Assembly (NCBI GenBank): GCA_951406725.2
Contig: OX597822.1
Coordinates: 73,656,001-73,720,000 of the forward strand
From: Octopus vulgaris
Taxonomy: Eukaryota
Length of the DNA stretch: 64,000 nt
Reading direction: 5' to 3'
Made by a program: the position numbers and the translations under genes. Below, piece by piece: positions 24,240 to 39,587 of the stretch. The notes beneath the pieces are model-generated. The model saw nothing but the letters and a program-made list of their open reading frames with translations, had not been told where the DNA came from and did not search any database. Numbering within the stretch: position 1 is the first letter of the stretch; the number at the start of each line of letters is the position of its first letter.

Positions 24240-25153
24240 AACAGCAAACAAGATGAGGACATTTATCCGTCGAATGTAAATAATGTAAATAAGTTGTCTA
24301 CAGTACTTAGATATAAAAGGTAGAGATCGCAGAATGAAATGATTTGGAGTAACTGTTTGGAAGCTGAGAATTTGCCACAGCTGACGGCATTCAGCCTATT
24401 TTGGCGACTGTATCTTTTATGCGTTAGAGGCAAAACACGCGCGTCCGTGAAGATGGAGGGGGATAAAGGGTGAGAGAGACATTGCAGTTATTAATTGAAC
24501 ACGGCTGACCTAAACACTTTCCTTCTCATACACATAAAGAGATATATACTGACATACATAAACAGAGAGAGAAAGAGAGGGAGGAGAAAGAAAAGGTAGA
24601 GAGAAAGAGAGCTAGGGAGAAAGAGAGCGAGGAGAAAGAGAGACAGATAGTTAGGCAGACACAAAGAGAAAAAACACTAAAACGTTTGATGTCAAGTAAG
24701 TCAGCGTCGAATCAGCGACGCCAAATAAGCGGCGCCAAAACATCTCATACACTAAAGAAAGGTCTGTGATGTAGAAAATAGGTGAAGAGGCCAAGTACGT
24801 GACCTGTAAAAAGAATATATTATAGCAGTGGTCAGATACATGCTACAATGTGGTATGAAAAGTACCAGATAAATGCAATAGTCAATCACGTGGTACAGAG
24901 TGAGCTATTTTGCAATGGTATATATAATGGCTAAATGAATGTTAGAGAGTGGTGTGTCATGTTACAGATGACTAAAATGATCAAATAAGTGAATGTGGGT
25001 AATAGATAGTGATCTGCGGGGATAGGAGATGTTTGGATGTCGATGACTTCTTTCACACAATAAAGTCATCAAATAAGTTATCCAATGCTGACTCATTTCA
25101 CATGAGATGTTTTAATGCTTCTGTCATTCTAAAGCTTATTGGTGTTCTCCTAT

Positions 25154-25185
<32 letters not shown>

Positions 25186-25820
25186 TAACAGTGTGTCTGA
25201 GGATTCAGTTACCCTTGTAGGTATAAGTAATGTCTCTCTCCTCCTCCCCATCTTTCTGTCTGTCTGTCTATCTATCTATCACTATCTGTATATGCGTATT
25301 TCCGCGCGTGCGTTTGCCTCCAGTTTCAAAACGTATTGTCACCAAAACAGGTTGATTGCTCGGTCAACCATGCCAAATCGTCAGCGCTTAAACAGCAACA
25401 CGCAATAGTTTTCTCGAACCGTTTGTAGTTTAGAATATAAATGAAGTAATCAGACAAATTGTAAAAGGTATTCTGATGTGTAAGTTAGAGTAGCTGTCGT
25501 GAATGATCAGTAATGGTCAAACACGTGACGGGCAGTTATCTACAGTGTAGACGGTAAATATAGTGGACAAATATAGTGTAAGAGATAAATTTAATTGTGA
25601 ATTACCTACGTGAACGTTTAAAGTCATCTCTGTAGATTTTCTATAGAGATTAGAGCTAACACTGAAAGTTACGACGTTTCGTATACGAATACGTCATTGT
25701 AAACAATGCGATCGAAGATAGAAAAATAAGTAATGGGTGTATATACATATTTTAGGAACTCTTGCTCTTTCTTCAGTGTCATATTCAACCCATTAACTAT
25801 CCATGAACACATTGCTTAAA

Positions 25821-26200
25821 TCTATATACTACGAAAACTCTGTGATTTCTTGCTTGCTTGCTTGCGTGCGTGCTTGTCTGTTATTTAACACAGCCAGATC
25901 GGTGCATAATGGGAAAATACTCTCAAAGTAAGGTACTCCTGAAATGTGAATACAAACAGAACAAAACAAGTTTCGCGTAAATCGGACCACGGATTCCCGC
26001 GATACACGTTTTTGGAGGGTTTGTTTCCACAAATTTAAGCAGTGTCCTTTACTGCGAACACCTTTATAAATAATCAAACCGGCACATAATGGGAAAATAA
26101 TCTGAAAGTAAGGTACGATTAAAATGTGAATACAAACGGAATAAAACAAGTTTCGTGTAAATCGGACCATGGGTTCCTGAAATATGCGGTTTTTTCAGGT
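25821..26200 (+). mobile_element. Helitron-like non-autonomous element with two 180-bp-period core repeats
   Basis: 5' A|TCTATATA, (GCTT)n tract, repeated cataatgggaaaata...aagtttcg.gtaaatcggacca at ~25905 and ~26085; 3' end not seen. Confidence 0.55.
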
Positions 26201-26443
26201 ACCTTAAACTATTAATGAGCCAACTGGGTCACGAAATTTAGCGGTACGACACAACTGGATATACCAAAGTTACACTTTAAACACGTTCTTGGCAAGTGGT
26301 ACGTACACATTAATTACTGGTATGGATACAGTATTTCGTTATGCAACCATAATATATTACCACATATATTAAATGTGCTATAAGTCAGGTCTGAGTCAAA
26401 GTTACAAAGATCAGAACAAAATAGTAACAATAATTATTTCCAT

Positions 26444-26602
26444 TTAGGAATGAGAACCCAGGTTCGAAATTTCCCCAAAACACCTGATGAAGGCTGGGGG
26501 TATATCAGTCGAAACGTTGTGTTAACAACAAACAAGATGAGAACAAATATGTGTCAAATGTAAATAATGTAGAAAATTCCCCATCTTTTAAATATAGAAC
26601 TG
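26444..26602 (+). mobile_element. 5'-truncated family F tail with intact HHR core (26479-26523)
   Basis: aacac CTGATGA a ggctg-ggggtatat-cagtc GAAAC GTT gtgtt. Confidence 0.85.
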
Positions 26603-26704
26603 GAATAATTATTTCATTTACAGTTTTAACAATAAACACCCACAATAATAACAGTATGAGCTGGAAACAAATTAAATTTTTAAAAAGGGGTGTTTGATAC
26701 TTAC

Positions 26705-26779
26705 ACAATCGATGTCGGAGTCACAAATGTAACCCCAAAGGTTCCTGTTGTAATTGAGATTCAAACACATATCCCAACA
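26705..26779 (-). CDS. Coding exon: CWDMCLNLNYNRNLWGYICDSDIDC (Cys-rich module)
   Basis: Long polypyrimidine tract tttttttcAG|75 nt|GTAAGT; phase 0/0; lies within ORF 26672..26875. Confidence 0.85.
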
Positions 26780-27214
26780 CTGAAAAAAAATAATAAAAAA
26801 GAGAGAAATATATAAAAAAAAGCTTTGAGAAAAGGACTTAACTCTTTGCATAGGACATATTTCCCTGGCGTCCATGGATCATTTAAGATACACATTCTCA
26901 TTTTTTTCCGACTACTGGAGTCACTTGTGACTTATGAAATGAAAGCTTTACGTTACTTCAGGACGTATGAAACAAGGAAAAACTAAAAGTCTGGAAAAAG
27001 CATGAATGTTTAGGAGAAATTTATGGAAATGCTTTGGACAGGCAAAGGGTTAAAACTTCGTGGACCCAAGTTGATGGGGTTTGATTGAATGTGAGTAATT
27101 AAAGGTACCAGAATATGGGAAGCGTAGATGAGGAGGAGTTATTTTTAAAGAGATTCAGATCTTCTCAACGCTTCTAAAGTAAACTTTGCTTACTCTCTTC
27201 ATAAGTTGAATTTA

Positions 27215-27247
<33 letters not shown>

Positions 27248-27522
27248 TGTATGTATGTATGTATGTATGTATGTATGTATGTATGTATATATGTAGTTAG
27301 ATAGACAGACACACACACATATGTGTATGTACATACATTTATGTTGCTGTGTCTTGGGAGGGTTAACACGCCAATGATAAAGAGACACACTTTATATTGT
27401 TGACGTAATAATCCTCCGAAGATACAAAACTTCTTTCAACACAGGAGTTCACATCAAGAAACTTGCAAACCGAATGCAAAAATTATACATACATACATAC
27501 ATACATACATACATACATACAT

Positions 27523-27574
<52 letters not shown>

Positions 27575-27593
27575 ACATATATACATATATATA

Positions 27594-27800
27594 CTCTTTA
27601 CTCTTTCTCTTTTACTTGTTTCAGTCATTTGACTGCGGCCATGCTGGAGCACCGCCTTTAGTCGAGCAATTCGACCCCGGCACTTATTCTTTGTAAGCCC
27701 AGTACTTATTCTATCGGTCTCTTTTTGCCGAACCGCTAAGTGACGGGGACGTAAACACATCAGCATCGGTTGTCAAGCAATGCTAGGGGGACAAACACAG

Positions 27801-27839
<39 letters not shown>

Positions 27840-27991
27840 CGACAGGCTTCTTTCAGTTTCCGTCTACCAAATCCACTCACAAGGCATTGGTCGGTCCGAG
27901 GCTATAGCAGAAGACACTTGCCCAAGATGCCACGCAGTGGGACTGAACCCGGAACCATGTGGTTGGTTAGCAAGCTACTTACCACACAGCC
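27594..27991 (-). mobile_element. SINE family A, low divergence
   Basis: Near-identical to 2470-2892 and 46470-46873. Confidence 0.9.
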
Positions 27992-28339
27992 AATGAAACT
28001 AAATGAATGACAGGTGAGCAGAGGTTACGTAATCACCTCCATTTATTTACATGTTTCTGCTATGAGAAGCAGTGCACTCAGATATGGGGGCTTGTGCAAC
28101 GCCATATAGCTTCTTCGGAGTCATTAAGACGAAGGGTGTGTTTGTTTCCGAAATGAAAATCCCAGTTCGCTCCTGCAACCTTCACTTTCGCTCCGTTCTC
28201 TTTCAAGTGGTACCCTACAAAACACCCGTTATAAACACACGCCGAGTACGTTCATTCTTCTATTAATGTTGCTGCTTTTCGATTCAACTTTGTTACCATT
28301 TTTCTTTTGGTGCAATAATTCATCGCATCATCTGCTTTC

Positions 28340-28596
28340 AATCACATCATCGTCGTCGTCGTCGTCTGCTTCTTCTTCTTCTTCTTCTTCTTCTTCTTCT
28401 TCTTCTTCTTCTTCTTCTTCTTCTTCTTCCTCCTCCTCCTCCTCCTCCTTCTTCTTCTTCTTCTTCTTCTTCTTCTTCTTCTTCTTCTTCCACGTCTCCT
28501 GCTGCTTCGACTGTTGTTTTTGCTGCTGCAATTATTGTTGTTATTGTTGTTTGTTGTTGTTGTTGCTGTTGTTGTTCTTCTTCATTTTATCTTTCT

Positions 28597-28652
<56 letters not shown>

Positions 28653-28765
28653 TTTTCCTCCCTTTCCTCCTCTTTCTTCTTCTTCTTCTTCTTCTCCTTC
28701 TTCTTCTTCTTTCTCTTCTTCTTCTTCTTCTTCTTCTTCTTCTTCTTCTTCTCCTCCTTCTTCGT
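28340..28765. repeat. Compound (TTC)n/(TCC)n/(TTG)n microsatellite
   Basis: Direct observation. Confidence 0.95.
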
Positions 28766-29416
28766 TTACTTCAGTTTTGTCTCTCTGCATCTCCTCAACT
28801 ATAATAAAGTGTCGAGGGGAAGAAGAAAAAAAACAAGTTATGGAGATACGTAGATGAAAGAGAGAGAGAGAGGAAAAAAAAGCGCAGAAGGTAAAAAGGA
28901 TGTAAAGGAGGGTGAGGAGGATTAGGAGGATATTGGAGGAAAGGGACGAGAAAAAAGAAGTGAAAGTGTGAAGAGGGACAGCGGTAGCGGTAGTGGTGGG
29001 GGAGGCTAAAGGAAAAACGCAGAGGTAAAGGAAAAGGTCGAGGACGAAGCAATATGTTGACAGGTAGATGGAACAGCTTTGACTAACTGAAGTTATTCTG
29101 CTAATGGCGAACATTTTACAGATGTTAGGACATTCCTTCTTACTTAACCTCCTCCCCCATCGTCTCTCTATATCACTTCGCCCAATCTCTCTCCTCCCCC
29201 TCTCTCGTTCTTAAATTAAACACATACATACATAATACTTATATAATTTATATAAACACACATTCATATTCTCAACGAATACTCAACACACATGTATGTA
29301 TTTTTTTTTCTAAGTAATCACACGTGCGCATGCTCAGAGTTGAACTATTTCGAGAAAGTTGGTTCAAACTTTGTTGCAGCGACTAGTGCCACTGATGATG
29401 CAGTTAACGTTGAACG

Positions 29417-30610
29417 GTATTTCGTCTGCCGCTACGTTCTGAGTTCAAATTCCGCCGAGGTCGACTTTGCCCTTCATCCTTTCGGGGTCGATTAAATACA
29501 GTTACGCACTGGGGTCGATGTAATCGACTTAATCCCTTTGTCTGTCCTTGTTTCTTCTCTCTGTGTTTAGCCCCTTGTGGGTAGTAAAGAAATAGGTATT
29601 TTTGAGCCACATTGATGTTGATGCTCTTATTCTTATTTAGCCCCAGATCAGCTCCATTCCAACCGTAACCATCATGTCTTTATCTATACCAAGAATACTT
29701 ACGTATTACAAGAACATCCTATCAAGCGTGCTTTCTTTTATAAGATGGTAAGTGCTGGTTTAAAGGTGATTTGACAACTATTTCCTGCAGGTCATGCGAC
29801 AAGGTAGATTCGCTACTGTTGTTTTTGTTGTTGTTTTTGATATTTAACGTTTCGGTCAACCTTGATCGATCAGACCAATTCACTCCCTATTCCTTTCCAT
29901 TATAGGGGCAAGGCTTGAAATCTGTGGAGAAGTGGGGCCAGACGATTATAACCCGAAAGAATGAAAGGCAAAGTCGACTCAAATGGCATTTGAGCGCAGA
30001 AGGTGAACGCATTTTGTCCGGAACGGTAGCGACTCTTCCAGCTCGCTGCCTTCTTTGCGTACTAATATTTGAAACTGTAGACAGTTACCTCCCTTGAAAC
30101 GAGTTGTTTCATCGATTGGCCACTGGATGGCGCACGTCGTGCTGTTGCTTTTGGACGGCATATTTTCTTACTGCTACGATTCCAAGAGATGTAACGGTCA
30201 AACATAAATAGCCACCTCTTATGTCTATGAAATCGAACGCTAAGAAACTGCCTTTATCTCTCTACACAAATACTGTAATTTGCATGCGGTATAAAGATTA
30301 AAACGGCATATTTTATGGTGTATTTGCAAATTCTTATTGTCTTTTTATTTTTGCATATGGACAATGTCTGCCTTCTACGTTTCAGCTTTCTTTTTTAAGA
30401 GCAAAAGTTCCTAAAAAACAATATTAAGGCGGCGAGCTAGCAAAATCGTAAGCACGCGAAACAAAATATTTAATAGCATTTCGTCCGTCTTTATGCTCAG
30501 AGTTCAAATGCCACCGTGGTTCACTTTGCCTTTCATCATTTTGGGGTCAATAAAATAAGTACCAGCTGAGTACTAGGGTCGATGTACTCCCCAAAATTTG
30601 AAACCAATAT
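29417..30610. mobile_element. SINE family B copies (29417-29600 +, 30427-30610 +) with degenerate B and H fragments between
   Basis: Family landmarks. Confidence 0.7.
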
Positions 30611-31592
30611 TAGAAATACGTTATTTATTGCATAAGCCAGTAAAATCGTACTTTTTTTATTCTTTTGGTCATGAACGAAAGTAGAACCCATAACTCCTCA
30701 CTGAACCTCCGAGAATGGTGGGAAGACGGAAGGAAGGAAGGTACCCTCAAACCGGATAACAGGGGCTAGATTGCTTCCAAGAGCATGGACAATATCTGCC
30801 AAGTTACCGAGTGGTTAAATCGGGCGATGGATTACGTCAACGACCCATATAGGCTATAACAAAGATCCGGACCAAATACTACGAAGCATCACATCTGACG
30901 TTGTGCAGTTACGCCAATCCATCGCATTGGATCGGCATTTTGTATCGATTCCGAAGGGATGAAAGAAAAAGTTGGCCTTGGCAAGATTTGAATTCAGAAC
31001 GCATTTTTTACCGAAATGGTGAAAGGTAGAGCTGACCTCAGCGAGATTCGGTTGTCGAACCAAATGCCGCCAGGCATTCTACTCAACGTTTAAACGACTC
31101 TTCCAAATTACTGCATCGGAAAATCTGTCTTGTGCTATTTCATCTGCAGTTTTATGCTTTGAGTTCAAATCCCGCAGAGGCCAACTTTAACTTTCACCCC
31201 TTCTTGTTCGATAAAACAATGTACCATTCAAGTACTGTGGTCGATGGGATTGACAAACCTTTTCCCGTCAAAACTGCTGGTTTTGAGCCTAAATTAATTA
31301 AAAAAAGAAAACATTGCAAAGAAAAAAGAAAGAAACAATTATTTGTGCAGCGATGAAGAAAAGGTCTCGCTATTTATTAATGCATTTTTATGTCCTGGTA
31401 TCAAATTCTGCTGAGGTCAACCCTACGTTTCGTCTTCTTGAGATCCATAAATTAAATAGTAATCAAGTATTGGGTTCGATGTAATTGGCTGTTACCACTC
31501 CCACAGCCCCAGATATATGCCCTTGAGTCTTTGTCAGAAATTATTATTATTGGTATGGAGTGAGGTGGTGAGCTGGCAGAATCGCTAGCAAG

Positions 31593-32006
31593 CCGGCGAG
31601 CTGGCAGAAACGTTAGCACGCCGGGCGAAATGCTTAGCGGTATTTCGTCTGCCGTTACGTTCTGAGTTCAAATTCCGCCGAGGTCGACTTTGCCTTTCAT
31701 CCTTTCGGGGTCGATAAATTAAGTACCAGTTATTCACTGGGGTCGATGTAATCGATTTAATCCGTTTGTCTGTCCTTGTTTGTCCCCTCTGTGTTTAGCC
31801 CCTTGTGAGTAGTAAAGAAATAGATATTTCGTCAGCCGCTACGTTCTGAGTTCAAATTCCACCGAGGTCGATTTTGCCTTTCATTCTTTCGGGGTCGATT
31901 AAATAAGTACCAGTTACGCGCTGGGGTCGATGTAATCGACTTAATCCGTTTGCCTGTCCTTGTTTGTCCCCTCTATGTTTAGCCCCTTGTGGACAATAAA
32001 GAAATA
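31593..32006 (+). mobile_element. Dimeric SINE family B inserted into the head of an older family B copy
   Basis: 15-bp TSD agaatcgctagcaag at 31578-31592 and 32007-32021; second unit restarts at tatttcgtc. Confidence 0.9.
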
Positions 32007-32606
32007 AGAATCGCTAGCAAGTAGCATTTCGTCCGCATTTGCCCATGGTGTCCAGCAGTGGGACCGAAAGCCGAAATCACGTGGTTACAAAGGGAGCTCC
32101 TTGATCATGGAGCACCTATGCCTGCACCATGGTTAAGCGGAAAAAAGCAAAACAAAATCACGCCCATATCGACTTAGGCTTTCATCTTTCCCAGTTCAAT
32201 AAAATTAGTAGCATTCAGGTAGAAGGTTCCAGATCAATGTAATCAATCGTCTAAAGCTCTTGAAGGCGGTGCCATGGGCATAGCCACAGGCCAATGCCTG
32301 AAACGAGTAAAAGAATTACAGAATAATAGAATACATCTATACACAAACTACCCAGATACTACAAATTACCATTGTAGGAAAACAGGTCGTAAGTGGTTTG
32401 TAAAGTTACCGTGGCAACATAAGCTGGAGTCAGAGCCACGTGATTCCAGAGCATCATCATAGACGTGGAAAATGAAATCAAAAAAGAAAAAAAAACAAAA
32501 TACCCAAAATAACAAAACAAACAAAACAAAACTAAACTAATTGCTGGATGTATTTGTAAACCAGCTTTGTCTGTATTGTCTTTTGTTTTGTTTCCTTCTG
32601 CAGTGT

Positions 32607-32650
<44 letters not shown>

Positions 32651-32849
32651 GCATGTGTTGCATGTGTTGCATGTGTGTGTGTGTGTGATGTTTTTGTCTT
32701 GTCTTGTTTTTTTTTTGTTCCTTTTTGCGGTCTTTTTTTGTTCAGCGTTATGTAACTTTTGCTATCACGTAGAATAAAAGTTGTCAAACAGGTAGCACCA
32801 GGTATAACCCATAGGACATTCACACATGTGTGGCTCTATATTATTTTCT

Positions 32850-33710
<861 letters not shown>

Positions 33711-33859
33711 GTGCGCACCGCCCTAGACAGCGTATAGATTATTTCAGTATTTCTCCACGGAAAACCATAAATGTACTTATAAGCACGCGCATGCGCACAA
33801 ACACACACCACATCACATACGCATACATGCAATTATATACACATACATGCACCTATATA

Positions 33860-34087
33860 TTTATTCTTTTATTCTTTTATTTGTTTCAGTCATTTGACTG
33901 CGGCCATGCTCTAGCACCGCATTTAGTCGACAAATCGACCCCAGGACTTATTCGTTATAAACCTTAGTACTCATTCTATTGGTCACTTTTGCCCAACTGT
34001 TAAGTTACAGGGACGCAAACACTCCAGCATCGGTTGTCAAGCCATGGTTGGGGAGACAAACACACACGCATGCACACACACATACAA

Positions 34088-34185
<98 letters not shown>

Positions 34186-34342
34186 GGCGTGCTTCTTTCA
34201 GTTTCTGTCTACCAAGTTCACTCACAAGGCTTTGGTCGGCTCGAAGCTATAACAGAAGATACTTGCCCAAGGTGCCACACAGTGGGATTGAACCCGGAAC
34301 CATATGGTTGGCAAGCAAGCTACTTACCACACAGCCACTCCT
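33860..34342 (-). mobile_element. SINE family A with expanded (CA)n(TA)n
   Basis: Family landmarks. Confidence 0.85.
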
Positions 34343-34844
34343 CTGTGTGTGTGCTTGTGTGTGTCTGTGTGTTTTTGCGTCCTGGGGTCGATTTCTTCGA
34401 CTAAAGTCGGTGCTCAGCATGGCTGCAATCAAATGATTAAAACATTGACGACCATGTTGAACTCTTGAGAAATTTATTCCGCCCGGATTATAAGTTCAGA
34501 TTTATACCTGTAATGATAGGGATTCTAGGATATGTTTCAAACAGCACATCACCAATCTCGAGAAATTAGGTTTTTCAAACCAGAACGGAGACAGCTAAGT
34601 AAGCCGTCACTGGAACTATGGAAATATGAACCTATTTCTTAAAGGTTAGCATATACGTACTGATGCACGTGTCTGGACATGCCTGAGTATATATACTATG
34701 CCTGAGTATATATACATAAAACAGATCTGCACATGCACTGACTGGAAATATTTGCACATATACGTATGCACAAGTCCGTCGTTATTGTTGGAATTTCAGT
34801 TGAGACTTGGATGCAGGTGAGAAATCTCGAAATAAAATCAAATA

Positions 34845-35477
34845 GCATACCTACATACATACATACATACATACATACATACATACATACATACATACAT
34901 GCATACATACATACATAAATACATATATACATACATACATATATACATACATACAAACATACATACATACATACATACATACATACATACATACATACAT
35001 AATACATCCCTGCATGCATGCATACGTACAAGCATACATACATACATACGTACATACCTGTATGCATACATGCATACACACGCATACACACATATACATC
35101 TATACATACCTGCATGCATACATACATATACACACAAATGTACATACATACATACTACATGCATGCATAACACATACATACAAACACATACACACACATA
35201 CACATATGCATACATACCTGCATACATACATACACACATATATACACACACATACATACCTGTATGCATACATACACACATATACATATATACATGCATA
35301 CCTGCATACATACATATTTGCATGCATATCTTCATACATACATACACACATACACACACACATATATATACATACATACTTCCATGCATGCATACATACG
35401 TACATACACACACATATATACATACATATATACCTGCATGCATACATACCTGCATACATACATATATGCATGCATAC

Positions 35478-35512
<35 letters not shown>

Positions 35513-35648
35513 TATATATACATTCATACATACATACCTGCATGCATGCATGCATACATGCATACATGCATACATACATACATAACTACATACATACGTA
35601 CATATATACATACATGCATACATACATTCATACATACATGCATACATC
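34845..35648. repeat. ~800-bp degenerate (TACA)n/(TGCA)n simple repeat
   Basis: Direct observation. Confidence 0.95.
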
Positions 35649-35964
35649 AGGCAGGCTTTCGGGCAGCCCCTGTTAACTGAATTTCACTCACAAAGTGGAC
35701 TTTTATTGATCCTGCCTAAAACTAGAAGACACCTGCCTAAGGGATCGTGTTCTGGGATGCAGTTCAGAACTACGCCGTTGTAAGCAGAGTTGGACTAGGG
35801 CTGTGCCTTCGGCCATACTTTCTGCAATGGACAAACGTGTATGCGTGAAGGGTTGCTTTCTTTCCTTTTTAAAAATAATAACCTTGAGCTGTCGATAATG
35901 TTCGTTTTGGATCCTTATTTTCAGGGCGATCCTAAACACAAAAATTACAACCTGGTTCGTCGTA

Positions 35965-37102
35965 AAGAATGAAAGGCAAAGTCGACCGCAGCTGAATTTG
36001 AACTCAGAACGTAGCGACGGGGGAAATACCTATTTCTTTACTACCCACAAGGGGCTAAACACAGAGGGGACAAACAAGGACAGACAAACGGATTAAATCG
36101 ATTACATCGACCCCAGTGAGTAACTGGTACTTAATTTATCGACCCCGAAAGGATGAAAGGCAAAGTCGACCTCAGCGGAATTTGAACTCAGAACGTAACG
36201 GCAGACGAAATACGGCTACGCATTTCGCCCGGTGTGCTAACGTTTCTGCCAGCTCGCTGCTTTAATCGGTGTTTAAAATATTCATTGAATAAAACTTACC
36301 TGACTGCAGTTTCTTGAAGAATCACATTTGGCGTCTGCTTTCGAAACGTCCGAGGGTAAAAACTACAAAGAAAAGACAAAATAAAACAAATTAATATTGA
36401 TTTCCAGTTTTGGCACGAGGCCAGCAATTTCGAGGGAGGGGTTAAGTCGATTATATCAATACCAATATTCAGCTGGTACTTATTTTATCGATACTGAAAG
36501 TATTGGAAGCAAAGTCGGATTCGGCGGCATTCGAACTCAGAACGTACAGACGGACGAAATGCCGCTAAACATTTTGTCCGGCGTGCAAATGATTCTGCTA
36601 GCTCGCTGCCTTAAGAAATAAAACCAGTATTGGCTTGAAATTTTGGCAAAAGGACAGCAATTTCCGGGGACGGGTTAAGTCGATTACATCGACACTAGTG
36701 TTCAACTGGTACATATTTTATTGATCCTGAAAGGATGTAAGGTAAATTCAACCTCGCCGGAATTTGAACCCGGAACGTAAAGACAGACGGAATACTGCAA
36801 AGCATTTTACCCAGCGAACTAAAAATTCTGTTAGCTCGCCGCCTTGGGAAACAAATTAATATCAACTGCGAATATTTTCTTTCCTTATGGCGGCGATCTG
36901 GCAGAAGTGTTAGCATGCCGGGCGAAATGCTTAGTGGTAGTTCGTCTGCCGATACGTCTTGAGTTCAAACTCCGCCGAGGTCGACTTTGCCTTTCAGCCT
37001 TTCGGGGTCGAATAAGTAAGTACCAGTTACGCACTGGGATCGATGTAATCGACTTGTTTGTCCACTCTATGTTTTAGCCCCATGTGGGCAATAAAGAAAT
37101 AA
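35965..37102. mobile_element. SINE family B cluster around the 36300 exon (dimer 35965-36262 -, two copies 36400-36845 -, one 36888-37102 +)
   Basis: Family landmarks. Confidence 0.8.
36300..36362 (-). CDS. Coding exon, most 5' found, of a Cys-rich/FN3 ectodomain gene: FLPSDVSKADAKCDSSRNCSQ
   Basis: Minus strand ttttgtcttttctttgtAG|63 nt|GTAAGT; phase 0/0; open frame; C-x5-C continues into the next exon's CWDMC. Confidence 0.75.
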
Positions 37103-37320
37103 ATATTTTTGCTTCTTTGTTTCTAGCTTTTTTTTTGGTTATTAAGTTAAAGACTTTTTAAACTCCCTCTCGATTCTGGATGTGAAATTCTTCTATGATT
37201 ATATATAAAACTAAATTTAGTGACAATAATCAAATGGGAAGGTGAAACACAAATATGTCTGAAGTTATAAAGACGCTGACTCACATCTCGTACAGTTGTA
37301 GGATGGATCTATCTGTATTT

Positions 37321-37368
<48 letters not shown>

Positions 37369-37383
37369 TTATATGTCTGTCCG

Positions 37384-37434
<51 letters not shown>

Positions 37435-37459
37435 CTTTCTTTCTTACTCTCTCTCTCTC

Positions 37460-37569
<110 letters not shown>

Positions 37570-37844
37570 ACACACACATATTTATTTGTAATACAATTAT
37601 TATACAATTGTATAGTGTCTGATGAATTGTAGGTAATATTAAGGGAAAGTTTTGCAGCTCCAGTTATCATTAACACACGCACATACACAGATACATATAC
37701 GCATAATGAATAGGCAACAAACAAAGACACACCGAGGGGGGCGGAGTTTGTTAATGTGTGCGCATAATACATTTGTCGTCATTAAAAGAAGATCGATAAA
37801 AAGAATTTCCATCGAGATCATAGTTTCTTTTATTCTCTTCTTCG

Positions 37845-38485
<641 letters not shown>

Positions 38486-39323
38486 TTCCTTACCAGCTAC
38501 TTCCGAAAGCAAGTAGCATCGTAACCACCCGGTACAAATTAACCAGGGAGTTCGTCGTCCTCTATGATTTCTTTCACCACATAACACACCGACTTACACG
38601 CAACCCAACCGCGTGTGTTTTTATCTGAACCCTTTTTGCTGTGTTAAGGCGAGGTCATTATCTATCATGATGGCATCTGTTCATCTGGCGTTAACTACAG
38701 ATGTTGGTGTCAGAGAGAAAGAGAAAGAGAGAGAGGGGGAGAGGGAAAGAATATTTGTGTGTGTGTATATGTGTATGTGTATGAAAGTACGTATGCATGC
38801 ATGTAAGTGTATGTGGGGCCGTGCAGGCGTTTGTGTGTATGTATGCATGCGTGCATACATGTATGTATCCATGCAAGCGTGCATGTATGCATGCCTGTGT
38901 GTGTATGTATGCGTGTGTGTGTATATGTATCTGAATATATGGATGCATGCAAGTACGATTGTATGTATGCATGTGTTCATGCATTTATGTATGTGTTTAT
39001 AAGCTTATGTGTGAATGCGTGTGCGTGTGTGTCTGTCTGAATGTGTGTGTCAGTATCTATGTGTAATCGCGTCTGTATGTATGTCTGTGTGTCAATATAC
39101 AAGAAGTGAGAGCAAGAGGGAGAGAGACAGAGAGAAAGTTAACAAAAGGAGTATGAAAAATTTAGGGAAATGGTGAGAGTTATTGAGAAATAGAGAGAGG
39201 GAGGGGGAGATTTAAGGGTGCGAGAGATTAATAGACAGAGCAGAAGATAAGGAAGGAGTAGGTCACATTCACGCACAGACACCCATACACACAAGCACAC
39301 ACACACAGAGAAGATAATGTGTG

Positions 39324-39388
<65 letters not shown>

Positions 39389-39413
39389 ATATATATATGT
39401 ATGTACGTACGTT

Positions 39414-39448
<35 letters not shown>

Positions 39449-39534
39449 GTATTTAGTATGCATGTATATATATATATTTATATATATATATATATGTATA
39501 TATACACATATATATATATACATGTATGTACGTT

Positions 39535-39587
<53 letters not shown>

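Larger units (their letters stand above)
23646..24295. mobile_element. Family F head-to-head inverted dimer: tRNA-like head, (AAT)n, hammerhead tail on each arm
   Basis: Centre actacgccatatgccc-gt-gggcatatggcgtagt (23988-24021); A-box tggcgtagt and B-box gttcgattcc; mirror tails. Confidence 0.92.

Noticed and set aside
23639-24306. tctacagtac on both sides of the family F palindrome as a TSD
   Set aside because: Overlaps the element end on the left and is offset on the right; possible but not supportable without an empty site
30088-30224. Open minus-strand segment with AG and GT ends
   Set aside because: Entry phase incompatible with the 36300 donor and it would interrupt the Cys module
34696-34830. 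Cys-containing frame TCIQVSTEIPTITTDLCIRIC
   Set aside because: No phase-compatible splice sites
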